Source: Cellvibrio sp.
GTDB lineage: Bacteria; Pseudomonadota; Gammaproteobacteria; Pseudomonadales; Cellvibrionaceae
DNA length: 64,000 nucleotides
Direction of reading: 5' to 3'
Assembly: GCA_035490615.1 (NCBI GenBank)
Contig: DATJLH010000228.1
Coordinates: forward strand, 1,025-65,024
Below the pieces are notes generated by a model, which saw nothing but the letters and a program-made list of their open reading frames with translations, ran no database searches and was not told the DNA's origin. Of this stretch, positions 40,237-52,054 are shown in pieces. The first letter of the stretch is position 1, and the number at the start of each line of letters is the position of its first letter. A program made the position numbers and the translations under genes.

Positions 40237-41666
40237 TCACCATCGCGGTCAGTTTCTATGGGCAACGCCAGCAGCACAATGGCACCTTCGTCACCGGCCT
40301 GCCACTCAGTGTGAGCGAGCGATGCAGGTAATAAGACTGCTTGCGACGCTAGATAAGTAGGGGCATGGGTATATTTTGCCTGCGTATACGTTGAAGACTC
40401 CGTTGCATAGCACACAAGGCTGCCGGATATAACCATCAACAGGCGGTAGCTAACACAAGCTGGTAGCTGATAACGCGATCCTGCGCTCAACATTACGCGC
40501 ACGACTTCAAAATCATGAAACATGACGACACGTTCAACTACAACCCCGGCTGTGGATTTTATCTGCTCAAGCTCGGGAGTGGCGGGCGTTTCAAGCGAGA
40601 CGCTTTCAAGTGCTGCAGCTGTGTCCCAGTGTGTTTGGGTCAACACTTTTTGTGTGAAAGACAGAATTTTTCTTTCATAGACTGGCGTCTGAAATTCAAC
40701 GGTGCGCACGCCGTGTTGTAATGCATGGGGTGTAAAACACGGCACTTTGACAACATCACCCACCCGCAAATCCTGCATAGCCGTATAGGCATACATGGCC
40801 GCACGTTTTTCATTCTCTAATCTCAACAAGGGTTGCGGCAGTTCGTCCAACCAGCCATTTAACGTGGCAGTATTGACCGGATCATGGAGGGCAATGTTGT
40901 GGGCGAGGCGTTGCTGATCCAGACGTCGGTCAATATCGCGCCTGATGGCTTCGTATTCCTGGACCGCTGCCAGATAAGCCGCCTTAAACGCAGCATCATT
41001 ATTAAATTCACGACGTTTTTGTTGATTGAACCCCAGGCGAATCCCCCCGATTCCATCAGGCCAGGCCTGAGAATCAATGTGCGTAATAACATAGACTTCC
41101 TGCTTCTGCTCGTGCATCTCAAAATAGAGATCGCCGTAACGTTCGTCAGGTAAAGGATCAAGGATTTTTAACAGGATGATATGTTGTGCAGAGCCGGCGG
41201 CGAGAAAATCAGGCATCAGAGAAAGCAGCCAGGGTAAAGGAATCCGGCGCCCTTGCGCGCTCACCCAGGATTGGCCTCGGACTTCAATACCTGTGTACCA
41301 GATTTCCTGGCCCCAGGGTTTCGGAATATAAACAGGCTCCAGCATCAGCGGTGCTGACAGATCGAACCAAGGCAATTGATGTTGCCGGACAAAGTCGACA
41401 AGGCTTCCAGGTTGGTCGTCCAGCGCGACGATAAGTGTACGCAACTCAGCCGATGCGACAGATAGGGTAGCCTGGACCTTGTATGAATCACGCTCTTTAC
41501 TCAGGGCAACCAAAGCAATGAATTGGATTTCAGGCTGTGACGGGAGATAGTACTGACGCCAGGCGTATTCAATAGCAAAACAGTGGTCGACTGCCGCTGA
41601 TACCATCAGTTGCGCTATTTGATCATGAATAAACGATTCGGGGTTGGATACCGCGTGGACAATCAC
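40227..41666 (-). CDS. Cupin-fold protein, mannose-6-phosphate isomerase class I-like, with N-terminal extension
   Basis: PVYIPKPWGQEIW, LLKILDP, EMH..KQEVY, VPCFTPHAL..G..TVEFQ. Confidence 0.55.
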   Translation of the reverse strand: MIVHAVSNPESFIHDQIAQLMVSAAVDHCFAIEYAWRQYYLPSQPEIQFIALVALSKERDSYKVQATLSVASAELRTLIVALDDQPGSLVDFVRQHQLPWFDLSAPLMLEPVYIPKPWGQEIWYTGIEVRGQSWVSAQGRRIPLPWLLSLMPDFLAAGSAQHIILLKILDPLPDERYGDLYFEMHEQKQEVYVITHIDSQAWPDGIGGIRLGFNQQKRREFNNDAAFKAAYLAAVQEYEAIRRDIDRRLDQQRLAHNIALHDPVNTATLNGWLDELPQPLLRLENEKRAAMYAYTAMQDLRVGDVVKVPCFTPHALQHGVRTVEFQTPVYERKILSFTQKVLTQTHWDTAAALESVSLETPATPELEQIKSTAGVVVERVVMFHDFEVVRVMLSAGSRYQLPACVSYRLLMVISGSLVCYATESSTYTQAKYTHAPTYLASQAVLLPASLAHTEWQAGDEGAIVLLALPIETDRDGECI

Positions 41667-41804
41667 CGCTGGCCTCTGGGATGGCGTGACAAGAAAGGTC
41701 GGCAGTCTAGCAGATGCGGTTAACCCTGACAGCCCGCCTGCGGCGAGAGGAATGAAAACGCCGGAGCATGAACGCCGGCGTTTTCGAAGGAAAGTGCCTG
41801 AAAA

Positions 41805-42995
<1,191 letters not shown>

Positions 42996-43030
42996 TTAAA
43001 GACTCAAGGCGCTGACGATGCGGCGCATGC

Positions 43031-45178
43031 TTAGCCGTAAAATTTCTGGTTATTGGCAGCCATTTTTTGCAGGCTGGCGGGCGGCTCGTAAAGCGCACCA
43101 AGATCACTGTAGCGCTTTGCCATTTCACAAAATGCGCCTACACCAATAGAATCAATCCAGCGGAAGACACCGCCTCGGAAAGGCGGGAATCCCGTACCGT
43201 AAACCAAGGCCATATCTGCCTCGGCCGCCGTTTCCACGATGCCTTCTTCCAGGCAACGGGCCAGTTCGGTGGCCATAGGCACCATCATCCGCGCGATGAT
43301 GTCATCATCAGAAGCCTCGACCGCCCCGGTAATGTGGGGCTTGAGAAGCGTCAGTACATCCTCATTGAATACTTTTTCAGGTTTACCCTTTTTGTCGGTC
43401 TGGTAGTCGTAGAAGCCTTTCTGGTTTTTTTGGCCCAATCGCTCCGCCGCAAAAAGCGCGTCAGTACACGAGGTAAAGTCACGCTTCATACGCTCAGGGA
43501 AACCTTCTGCCATCACTTTCTCCGCATGAACGGCGGTATCGATCCCCACGACATCAAGCAAGTAGGCTGGCCCCATCGGCCAACCCCAGGTTTCCATCAC
43601 CTTATCAATCCTGCGGAAATCGACTCCATCGCGCACCAGCATTGAGAAGCCAGCGAAATAGGGAAATAACACGCGATTAACCAGAAAGCCCGGACAGTCT
43701 TTCACCACGATGGGCTTCTTGCCCATGGCATTGGCATAAGCCACCGTACGCGCAACCGCCGTATCCGACGTACGGGTTCCACGAATCACTTCCACCAAGG
43801 GCATCAGGTGGACAGGGTTGAAGAAGTGCATACCGCAGAAATTCTCAGGGCGCTGCAGCGCTTCTGCGAGGGATGAAATAGAGATAGTGGACGTATTGGA
43901 GGCAATAATCGTATCCGGGCTTACCTTGGTCTCCACCTCAGCCAATACAGTGCGCTTGACCTTGGGATTTTCTACTACTGCTTCCACCACAATGTCGACT
44001 TGGTCAAAGCCATCGTAGGTTAACGCAGGCTCAATACGATTCAACACGTCGCCCATCTCGGCGGGTGTCATTTTCTTGCGCTCTACGCGTTTGCTCAATT
44101 GTTTGTTTGCTTCAGACAAGCCCAGATCAATACCTTTTTGAGCTACGTCTTTCATCTTGATCGGCACACCTTTCAGAGCCGACTGATAGGCAATTCCGCC
44201 GCCCATGATGCCCGCGCCGAGCACCGCTGCGCGCGCAATTTTTTTATCCGCTTTTTTCTCCCAGCCCTTTGCTTTCTTACTGATCATTTGCTCATTAACA
44301 AAGATGCCGACCAGAGATTGGGCTGTCTCGGTCTGGGCAACCTTGGCAAAGGCTTCTGCTTCAATTTGCAGGGCTTCGTCGCGGCCTTTATCTGCCGCTT
44401 TCTGCATGGCTTTGATCGCCGTGACCGGTGAGGGGTAATTGCGTCCTGCCTGTGCACCCACAAATGCTTTTGATGTTTCAAAAGCCATCATGGACTCAAT
44501 AAAATTCAACTTGAGCGGGGCTTTTTTCTGTGCACGGCGAGCCGCGTAATCAAATTTGCCGTTGATGCATTGCTGCAGAGTAAACAGCGCGGCATCGCGC
44601 AACTTCTCCGGCTCTACCACGGCGTCCACCACGCGTGCGGTCAACGCGGTTTGTGCATCGTTTTCTTTACCAGAGGCTATCCACTCTACGGCTGTTTCAA
44701 GTCCGGCAATGCGCGGCAAGCGCACTGTGCCACCCCAGCCAGGCAATATGCCTAGTTTGGTTTCCGGCAAGCCCACCTTTGCTTTGGTACTTGCAACGCG
44801 ATAATCGCAGGCCAGGCATAATTCCATACCGCCCCCAAGAGCAAAACCGTTGATCGCCACTACGACCGGGAAAGGCAGATCCTCAAGGCGGCAATTGTTG
44901 CGATTGTTATTCTGTAAGTGGGCAATAATACTGTCAGCACCAGCCGCAAACACCGTACCAAATTCCATGATGTCAGCACCGACAATGAAAACGTCTTTTG
45001 CGCTGGTCACCAATAGCCCTTTAATATCCTGGCTCTTTTCCAGCAGGGTTAGCGCTTCATCCAGTTCGCTAACGGCTTGCAGATTAAATTTATTAACTGA
45101 TTCACCCTGAAGATCAAAGATCAACTCCGCAATACCGTCTTGCAACAGGGCAACTGATATGGCTTTTCCTTGGTACAT
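43031..45178 (-). CDS. fadB: Fatty acid oxidation complex alpha subunit FadB
   Basis: Enoyl-CoA hydratase N-domain (GGGMEL, PETKLG) plus 3-hydroxyacyl-CoA DH ([13 protein letters not shown]); 715 aa. Confidence 0.96.
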   Translation of the reverse strand: MYQGKAISVALLQDGIAELIFDLQGESVNKFNLQAVSELDEALTLLEKSQDIKGLLVTSAKDVFIVGADIMEFGTVFAAGADSIIAHLQNNNRNNCRLEDLPFPVVVAINGFALGGGMELCLACDYRVASTKAKVGLPETKLGILPGWGGTVRLPRIAGLETAVEWIASGKENDAQTALTARVVDAVVEPEKLRDAALFTLQQCINGKFDYAARRAQKKAPLKLNFIESMMAFETSKAFVGAQAGRNYPSPVTAIKAMQKAADKGRDEALQIEAEAFAKVAQTETAQSLVGIFVNEQMISKKAKGWEKKADKKIARAAVLGAGIMGGGIAYQSALKGVPIKMKDVAQKGIDLGLSEANKQLSKRVERKKMTPAEMGDVLNRIEPALTYDGFDQVDIVVEAVVENPKVKRTVLAEVETKVSPDTIIASNTSTISISSLAEALQRPENFCGMHFFNPVHLMPLVEVIRGTRTSDTAVARTVAYANAMGKKPIVVKDCPGFLVNRVLFPYFAGFSMLVRDGVDFRRIDKVMETWGWPMGPAYLLDVVGIDTAVHAEKVMAEGFPERMKRDFTSCTDALFAAERLGQKNQKGFYDYQTDKKGKPEKVFNEDVLTLLKPHITGAVEASDDDIIARMMVPMATELARCLEEGIVETAAEADMALVYGTGFPPFRGGVFRWIDSIGVGAFCEMAKRYSDLGALYEPPASLQKMAANNQKFYG

Positions 45179-45388
45179 AACAAGTCTCTCTCTAGTGGAA
45201 TATCAGAGGAAAACGAACCTCTAACGCTGATAGGCAAGCAAGCGGGACGTGCGAGCCTTACTTGAAACACAAATGAACAACGAGATTGTATGAGATTAGC
45301 GTGGGAACCTTGCCGAACGATTAAGAACTTTTATCGGTATGTACAGAAACCGTTAGCACGACTGCATCGGCAAACTACAAAGTCGTCA

Positions 45389-46039
45389 TTAATCCTGTAC
45401 AACACTCAAGACAACCACGGCCGCCGTCTCTTTCCGATTACGAATGCGATAGGGTTGGTGGGCCGCCAGGTAAAATGCATCCCCTTCGTGTAATTCGTGC
45501 ACCTGCATGCCTGCGGTCAATTCCACTTGTCCACTCACAACCCAACCACTGGCTTCTGCCTTGTGACGTATGGGTTCACTGCCAGTATCGGCACCGGCGG
45601 CGTAAGTATGACGCCGCATGGAAATTTTGCGCTGGGCCTTTTCCGTAGCCAATGACTGCACTGTTATTCCGTTGGGTTGCTGCACCTGATCAGCGGCTAA
45701 CATGGCAGCCGGATAAACTACCTGCCCGACGTCAACCTGATTGCACGCGAAGAATTGAGCCAAGGTCATGGGAATACCGCTTAATACCTTGGCTAATGAA
45801 TTGACAGACGGACTGACAAGCCCCTGTTCAATCATTGAAATGTTGCTATTTGTTATGCCCGCGCGTTTGGCCAATTCTCGCTGGGAAAGCCCGTTACGCT
45901 CACGAATTAATTTAAGACGCACCCCGATGTCCGGTGCCAGGTCGGGCGCAAAATCGACGATAGATGTGGTTTCCACCTCATCTATAACCAGTTCAGCAAC
46001 CATATCATGACTCATTGACGCATCAATTTTTGTGGCCAT
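45389..46039 (-). CDS. XRE-HTH/cupin transcriptional regulator (PuuR-like)
   Basis: LSQRELAKRAGITNSNISMIEQG HTH; C-terminal cupin; the start may lie further downstream. Confidence 0.82.
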   Translation of the reverse strand: MATKIDASMSHDMVAELVIDEVETTSIVDFAPDLAPDIGVRLKLIRERNGLSQRELAKRAGITNSNISMIEQGLVSPSVNSLAKVLSGIPMTLAQFFACNQVDVGQVVYPAAMLAADQVQQPNGITVQSLATEKAQRKISMRRHTYAAGADTGSEPIRHKAEASGWVVSGQVELTAGMQVHELHEGDAFYLAAHQPYRIRNRKETAAVVVLSVVQD

Positions 46040-46108
46040 ACCGCAAACCTGTTGAACGCAAACTTATTATTAACATCTATGCGTATGTTGATGTTTCAGT
46101 TGAGAAAA

Positions 46109-46780
46109 CTACCAAGGCAAGCGCTCACCGTTAGCGTGCCAGAAACTGCCAGAACTTTCCAAGGTCAATTCGTCGATCCGGGCTGCCAAACGCTCAGCGG
46201 CAACAGTGGGTGAAATATCACCGGCAAAGCCGACCATATCAGTCTGAACAAAACCTGGGTGTAATAATACAACGGCAATGCCCCGCGGCTTCAAGTCACG
46301 CGCCAGACTCACGCCCGCTGCATTCAATGCGGCTTTGCTCATACGATAGCCATAATAGCCGCCCGATGAATTATCGGCGATGGAACCCATTCGGCTGGTA
46401 ATCATCGCCACTTTGGAACCCGCTTTCAAATTATCCAATAATGCCTCGGTTACCCTGAGCGGTCCCAGAGCATTTACCTGGAGTTGGTGTTGAATATCAT
46501 CATAAGCCAAGTCTCCCAGGCTATCCGCTGCAAGCACGCCGGCATTATTAATCAGAATATCAATAGGTTTATTTGCCAGTGCGTTACGCAAGGTGACAGT
46601 GCCCTCGTCATTGGAAACATCAACACCGTCAATAACAGTAATACCAGGATGGGGTAATTGACTCAACGCCGTCGATACGACACGGCAGGCCGCGTATACT
46701 TCATGACCTTGTCGGGCAAAATATTGGCATAGCTCTAGCCCTATACCACGACTTGCACCGGTAACGACAATACGGCTCAT
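46109..46780 (-). CDS. SDR family oxidoreductase (CsgA-like)
   Basis: VTGASRGIG, INNAG, YRMSK. Confidence 0.88.
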   Translation of the reverse strand: MSRIVVTGASRGIGLELCQYFARQGHEVYAACRVVSTALSQLPHPGITVIDGVDVSNDEGTVTLRNALANKPIDILINNAGVLAADSLGDLAYDDIQHQLQVNALGPLRVTEALLDNLKAGSKVAMITSRMGSIADNSSGGYYGYRMSKAALNAAGVSLARDLKPRGIAVVLLHPGFVQTDMVGFAGDISPTVAAERLAARIDELTLESSGSFWHANGERLPW

Positions 46781-46800
46781 AATCTTTCCCCGATCCGTTA

Positions 46801-47163
46801 TCAGGGTTTACTGGCGAGCAAACGCGCGAGCTCATCGCTGGGCAGATTATTGATAACCAACTCATAGGAATTGTCAATCATCCGCTGGATTTCATTATCA
46901 GGTATGGTGCCGTCAAGAAACACGGTATTCCAGTGCTTTTTATTCATGTGATGGCCGGGTTGGACAGCGGGATACTTAGCGCGTAATACAACAGCTTCCT
47001 CCGGATCACATTTCAGATTCACACGCGCCACACCCGACTCCTGTGTAAGCGTTGCAAACATCTTATGGCAAACCTTGTAGACAGCAACGTCCGGACCAGA
47101 AGGAAATGTTTCCTTCGCCTGGTGTTTGGAAAGTAAATATTTTTGAACTGAAGAAAAATCCAT
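46801..47163 (-). CDS. MmcQ/YjbR family protein
   Basis: KMFA, NLKCDP, PGHHMNKKHWNTV. Confidence 0.9.
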   Translation of the reverse strand: MDFSSVQKYLLSKHQAKETFPSGPDVAVYKVCHKMFATLTQESGVARVNLKCDPEEAVVLRAKYPAVQPGHHMNKKHWNTVFLDGTIPDNEIQRMIDNSYELVINNLPSDELARLLASKP

Positions 47164-47714
47164 GGTTTAGTCCTTTAGCAATACGACTGAATGGTTTTTA
47201 CTACGACCGCTAATATACATAATCATTCACTCACAACAATCTCACCTAAGCGCACCTGGTTGATTAAGGAACCTAAACCACTGACTCATCGCCTCCTTGT
47301 GTCGTCACGCGGCCCGCAGGTCGCTTTATCAATAGGCACACCACTATACTGACTATACTAGCGTGCCGAATAACTCAGCTGTGCGATTCATGTTGGGCTT
47401 AAACGCAACATACCTGCACAGGATCATTCGACACCACGCGCCTGCCTCACTTTAGCAGAGTCTCACCGGTTTTGTGTAGCAACCGGCTGATGGCGATGAT
47501 AGTGCGCCGACACCCGCGATACAATCGCAAAAATACGACTGACACCTCAAACGCTATCTCCGGCGTTTATATGTTAAAGAGCGCACTGATCAAATAGTCA
47601 ACGATTGAATCATAAGTTGTTCAATCAAAGCCTCCGGGCCTCACACCATGTACCCGCCGTTACCAGAGCCTGCCCTTCTGATGGCAGAGATAAGAACGGT
47701 AGCTTTCACGAACT

Positions 47715-49409
47715 CTAGAACGAGGTGCGGCGATAATCACGGTACTCCGGCGTCCAGAAATTACTTTCTATTTTTCCGTCGATCAACTCTTCCGGCACAG
47801 GTATGGCAACACCATCTGCAATAGCCTGTTTGAATACGGCGTGAGCAATGACTTTACTGACGTCACGAATATTTTTCAGAGATGGCAACAAGGCGCCCTG
47901 CCCTTGTTGCACCATCGGCGAGGCATCGGCTAGTGCCCGGCTCGCTGCCATCATCATTCCATCCGTTATTCGCGCAGCCTTGGCCGCAATCACACCCAAG
48001 CCAACGCCGGGGAAAATATAACTGTTATTGCATTGCGCTATTTCGAAGCGCTGGTTACCGATATCCACTGGCGGAAACGGGCTGCCGGTAGCCACGATAG
48101 CCTTACCACTGGTCCAGCGCAAAATATCTACCGGCAATGCCTCCACTTGCGAGGTCGGATTGGACAGTGGTAGCACAATCGGCCGTTCGCAATGAGTTTG
48201 CATCGCTTCGATAATCGCTTTGGTAAATAGCCCGGGCTGCCCGGACACACCGATCAAGACCGTGGGACGCACATTCACTACTACGTCCATCAGGTTAATT
48301 ATTTTTTTGGCCTTGCTGTGTGTCAGCGACCATTGCGCTACTACCTCATCAGCAACCGCCAATGGTCGTTGGAAATCATAAAGATCCGGCGAACCGGTTT
48401 GCAGTAAACCCGATTTACTCAGCAGAAATATACGACTGCGAGCCTGGGCTTCGGTTAAACCCTCGGCGCACATTTGTCGCACCACTTGTTCGGCGATCCC
48501 GCACCCCGCTGAGCCTGCACCGGCAAATACCACACGCTGCTGTGCCAGCGTCTCACCTTTGGCAAGACATGCAGCCAGGAGCGTCCCAACCGTCACAGAC
48601 GCTGTGCCCTGAATGTCATCATTAAAACAACACAGTTCATCCCGATACCGGTTTAACAGTGGCGTCGCATGATCCTGGGCAAAGTCTTCAAACTGTAGCA
48701 AAGCATTGGGCCAACGCACTTTAATAGCCTGAATAAATTCATCAACAAACGCGTAGTATTCGTCTCCGGTAATGCGTGGATGCCGCCACCCCATGTACAT
48801 AGGATCATCAATGAGTGATTGGTTATTACATCCCACATCAAGGGTAACCGGGAGGGTATACGCAGGGCTGATACCACCACATGCGGTATAAAGTGCCAGC
48901 TTGCCAATGGGGATACCCATGCCGCCGATGCCTTGATCACCCAGACCCAAGATACGTTCGCCATCGGTTACAACGATCACTTTGACGTTTTGCTTGGTGG
49001 CATTTTGTAGCATGTCATCAATACGATCCCGGTCGGGATAAGAGATAAACAAGCCGCGCTTACGGCGATATATCTTGGAAAACTGCTGGCATGCCAATCC
49101 CACCGTCGGGGTATAAATTAACGGCATAATGTCCTGCAGGTGATCGGTTACCAAGCGGAAATATAATGTCTCGTTGGTGTCCTGGATGTTGCGAAGATAG
49201 ATGTGTTTGTCGATATCAGTTTGAAATGAAATAAGCTGCTGGTAGGCGCGAGCTTTTTGTTCTTCGATAGTTTCGATGTTGTAAGGCAACAAACCTTCAA
49301 GATTAAACTGTTGCCGCTCCTGTTGGGTAAACGCACTGCCCTTATTCAACAATGGCGCTTCCAGCAAAGCCGGGCCGGCGAATGGAATATAAATCGGGCG
49401 CTTTTTCAC
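47715..49409 (-). CDS. maeA: NAD-dependent malic enzyme
   Basis: [49 protein letters not shown]. Confidence 0.95.
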   Translation of the reverse strand: MKKRPIYIPFAGPALLEAPLLNKGSAFTQQERQQFNLEGLLPYNIETIEEQKARAYQQLISFQTDIDKHIYLRNIQDTNETLYFRLVTDHLQDIMPLIYTPTVGLACQQFSKIYRRKRGLFISYPDRDRIDDMLQNATKQNVKVIVVTDGERILGLGDQGIGGMGIPIGKLALYTACGGISPAYTLPVTLDVGCNNQSLIDDPMYMGWRHPRITGDEYYAFVDEFIQAIKVRWPNALLQFEDFAQDHATPLLNRYRDELCCFNDDIQGTASVTVGTLLAACLAKGETLAQQRVVFAGAGSAGCGIAEQVVRQMCAEGLTEAQARSRIFLLSKSGLLQTGSPDLYDFQRPLAVADEVVAQWSLTHSKAKKIINLMDVVVNVRPTVLIGVSGQPGLFTKAIIEAMQTHCERPIVLPLSNPTSQVEALPVDILRWTSGKAIVATGSPFPPVDIGNQRFEIAQCNNSYIFPGVGLGVIAAKAARITDGMMMAASRALADASPMVQQGQGALLPSLKNIRDVSKVIAHAVFKQAIADGVAIPVPEELIDGKIESNFWTPEYRDYRRTSF

Positions 49410-49670
49410 AATTGTACCGTTTGATGAGGAGATGAAGGGATTTGAGCAGATATTAACATAGACCAGCTAAAGCCGAGCGGCCAGCTCTACCAAAGGAAAA
49501 TCCGGCGCGCCCTCTGCACCAGCACCGGGTTGTAATGTGACCCCAGCGGATTACAATAGCCGACTGAGTCCTGCCCACAGCTCAAAAAGCACACAACCAG
49601 GCATTCGCGCTTTAAATACATCTGAGATTTTACGAAGCATCTCGATATCCTCAACACCACCGAGAAACCT

Positions 49671-50018
49671 ATGACCACGATAAATGCGTTCCTGCAACGT
49701 TTACGGGAAACACCAGAAGCGATTCAATTCAGCGATACGATGGCAGTCATTGATGCTCATTATCACTTCACGCCTACTGCGTTTAAAAATGGCGAGCAAA
49801 CCAATGCCGCTGGAGAAAATTCCGGTTCATGTAAGTTATTCAGTTTTGCACAGATGCACCAATTATCCCAAGAAGATACCTTGCACTGCTTTGGGGGATT
49901 TTATCGTGAGGATGTGGTAAAAAATCCCGGCGGTGAAGACCATCAAAATATTCGCAATTTTATTGCTACAGGTTGGGCCGGTGTTTACTTTGACGGCCAA
50001 GCTCTCACCCCGCGTTGA
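49671..50018 (+). CDS. HopJ-family protein
   Basis: FSDTMAVID..Y.FTPTAF.NG...N.AGENSGSCK...FG..YR...DHQNIRNF. Confidence 0.85.
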   Translation: MTTINAFLQRLRETPEAIQFSDTMAVIDAHYHFTPTAFKNGEQTNAAGENSGSCKLFSFAQMHQLSQEDTLHCFGGFYREDVVKNPGGEDHQNIRNFIATGWAGVYFDGQALTPR

Positions 50019-50033
50019 TCCGCCCGGAGACTT

Positions 50034-50375
50034 ATGATGAAGCTATCAATTTTAACGATTCTTCTGTTCTGCTTGCTTATCAGCGCATGCCAGGAAAAAG
50101 GCACACAGGAAACTGCCGATGAGGTCGGCAACCCACCAGAAGAGGCCGCACAATCCTTGATTCAATGCCCTGATAATCGACCGGAAGTTTGTACCCAGAT
50201 ATACCAGCCCGTCTGCGGCCTGGTCGATACAGGCATCAGATGCATCACCACCCCTTGCCCCAGCGCTGAATACAAAACGTTTGGCAATGCCTGCACTGCC
50301 TGTAGCGATAAGAATGTAACAGGCTATAGTGAAGGTGAATGTCCCACAGAAGAAGACGATAATCCGGCAGAGTGA
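50034..50375 (+). CDS. Lipoprotein with Kazal-like Cys-rich domain
   Basis: Lipobox ISAC; CTQIYQPVCG...TFGNACTAC...GEC. Confidence 0.7.
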   Translation: MMKLSILTILLFCLLISACQEKGTQETADEVGNPPEEAAQSLIQCPDNRPEVCTQIYQPVCGLVDTGIRCITTPCPSAEYKTFGNACTACSDKNVTGYSEGECPTEEDDNPAE

Positions 50376-50408
50376 TCAACGTCCGATACAGTAATAAGAG
50401 GAGCGGTT

Positions 50409-50837
50409 ATGTGGTTACAGAAAGAATTTCGCTTACGCGCCAAGAGTCGCGGGTTTCATTTGGTCACCGACGAAGTTATCTCCGCGCTACCGGAACTCAA
50501 ACAAATAAAGTGCGGATTACTGCATCTGTTTATTCAACATACCTCCGCTTCTTTGAGCATCAATGAGAACGCTGATCCGACGGTGCGTGAAGACTTGGAA
50601 AATCATTTCAATCATTTAGTGCCAGAGGGCGCCCCCTATTATCGGCATGATTATGAAGGCGATGATGACATGCCGGCACATATCAAAAATTGCATACTCG
50701 GTTCCAGCCTGATGCTGCCTATCACCGGCGGTAAACTCAACCTGGGAATCTGGCAAGGCATCTACTTGTGCGAACACCGGAATAAAAGCGGATGGAGAAG
50801 TCTGGTGGCTACGCTTCAGGGAAACGGAATGGAGTGA
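50409..50837 (+). CDS. YjbQ (UPF0047) family protein
   Basis: HTSASLSINENADPTV, EGDDDMPAHIK, LGIWQGIYLCEHR. Confidence 0.92.
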   Translation: MWLQKEFRLRAKSRGFHLVTDEVISALPELKQIKCGLLHLFIQHTSASLSINENADPTVREDLENHFNHLVPEGAPYYRHDYEGDDDMPAHIKNCILGSSLMLPITGGKLNLGIWQGIYLCEHRNKSGWRSLVATLQGNGME

Positions 50838-50936
50838 CCAGCGGTCACTTCCGATCAGTGACGAAGCTTTCGTCGTGAGATCGCAAGCCCCACAGCCCCA
50901 AGCCACGTAAACTTTATCGACAAAATAAAGCCGGGT

Positions 50937-51308
50937 TTAAGGGCGAGTAAACCACATATAACCGGCAAACAGCATCCACGAGATAATCAATAATCCCCAA
51001 GGTAACCAGGCCATCTTGCGCGGCACTTGCGCAACACTTTGTGTTCCCGTCGTATCTGTCGTCAACTCCGACGACTGATGGGTTGCGAGGCGCCGGACTT
51101 TCTTGACACGCTTGTCCAGCTCCCGAGACTTTTCACTTTGCTGTCGTAAAAATTGTTCCATGCCCCGCTGTATGCCTGACGCAATCAAGCGCGTCTGCTC
51201 ACGGGTTTGCCCTTCTACCTGCTGGCTATTAGCGATCTTGAGCGCTTCTGCACGAATGTCGCGGGCTTCTTTTTTACTTCTGTCTTTATTTTTGCCGGGG
51301 TTATTCAT
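50937..51308 (-). CDS. DUF2956 family protein
   Basis: GQTREQTRLIASGIQRG...C-terminal WLPWGLLIISW TM helix. Confidence 0.75.
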   Translation of the reverse strand: MNNPGKNKDRSKKEARDIRAEALKIANSQQVEGQTREQTRLIASGIQRGMEQFLRQQSEKSRELDKRVKKVRRLATHQSSELTTDTTGTQSVAQVPRKMAWLPWGLLIISWMLFAGYMWFTRP

Positions 51309-51310
51309 AA

Positions 51311-51811
51311 TTATTGTGATTCATCGCGGGATGCCCTGATAACCTGGTTGCCCTGGTCGTCACGCAAGATTAATAAGCCGTTTAGCAAACTGGCTCGCGT
51401 TGCATTGGGTAAGTGTTGAAACAAACGTTGCTCCTGTTCCATTAACGCTGGCAGGCACATCATCTTGGTGGCGCCGAGGCTCTCGGGAATCTGAAGCTGT
51501 TCACCTGCATAAGTATAGGAGCCAAAAAAGCGATTACAGCTGGCATTACCATTAATGGCCCCTTCTTCGGTGAACTGAATTCGTGCCGGGCTTCGATCAA
51601 TGACCGGGCGATCACCGATATACTCGATGTACCAAATACCCGACAGTTCTTTTCTGGTAGCAGCACGATAAGCGGGGCTTGACTCACCCACCGTAGGTTG
51701 TTTGGCTGTGTCAGAAACCTCCGGAGGTTGTGGCTGAGCGGTTTGCTGGCAGGCTATTAAAAGCAGAAGAGTCGATATAAGCAGTGCAAAACACGTAACT
51801 GATTTCATCAT
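51311..51811 (-). CDS. META domain (HslJ-like) lipoprotein
   Basis: Lipobox LIAC; GNASCNRFFGSY, ATKMMC..LMEQE. Confidence 0.85.
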   Translation of the reverse strand: MMKSVTCFALLISTLLLLIACQQTAQPQPPEVSDTAKQPTVGESSPAYRAATRKELSGIWYIEYIGDRPVIDRSPARIQFTEEGAINGNASCNRFFGSYTYAGEQLQIPESLGATKMMCLPALMEQEQRLFQHLPNATRASLLNGLLILRDDQGNQVIRASRDESQ

Positions 51812-52017
51812 CAATTCCTGCGCGGTTTCCGCGATTGTTATTGTTAAATCGTTATTTTTATCCGTGCCTGAGTGCTGGCAGCGCAGCGGATTCATTCATG
51901 AGAGGCTGCAGGAAATTAAAAATTCCATGGGAGTTGTAAAAAATCGTAACTTTCATGCCATAGAAATACCGCAGAGCTGACATGCCAGAAACGCCTGTAG
52001 GCGGGCCACAGGCCTGT

Positions 52018-52049
52018 AAAAAAGCGCCGCAACATGCGACGCTTTTTGT
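52018..52049 (-). terminator. Terminator after ffh
   Basis: Minus strand AAAAAGCGTCGCA-tgt-TGCGGCGCTTTTTT. Confidence 0.75.
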
Positions 52050-52054
52050 ATCAA

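Noticed and set aside
49671-50018. HopJ as a type III secretion effector
   Set aside because: No T3SS genes in the window; the family is common in non-pathogens
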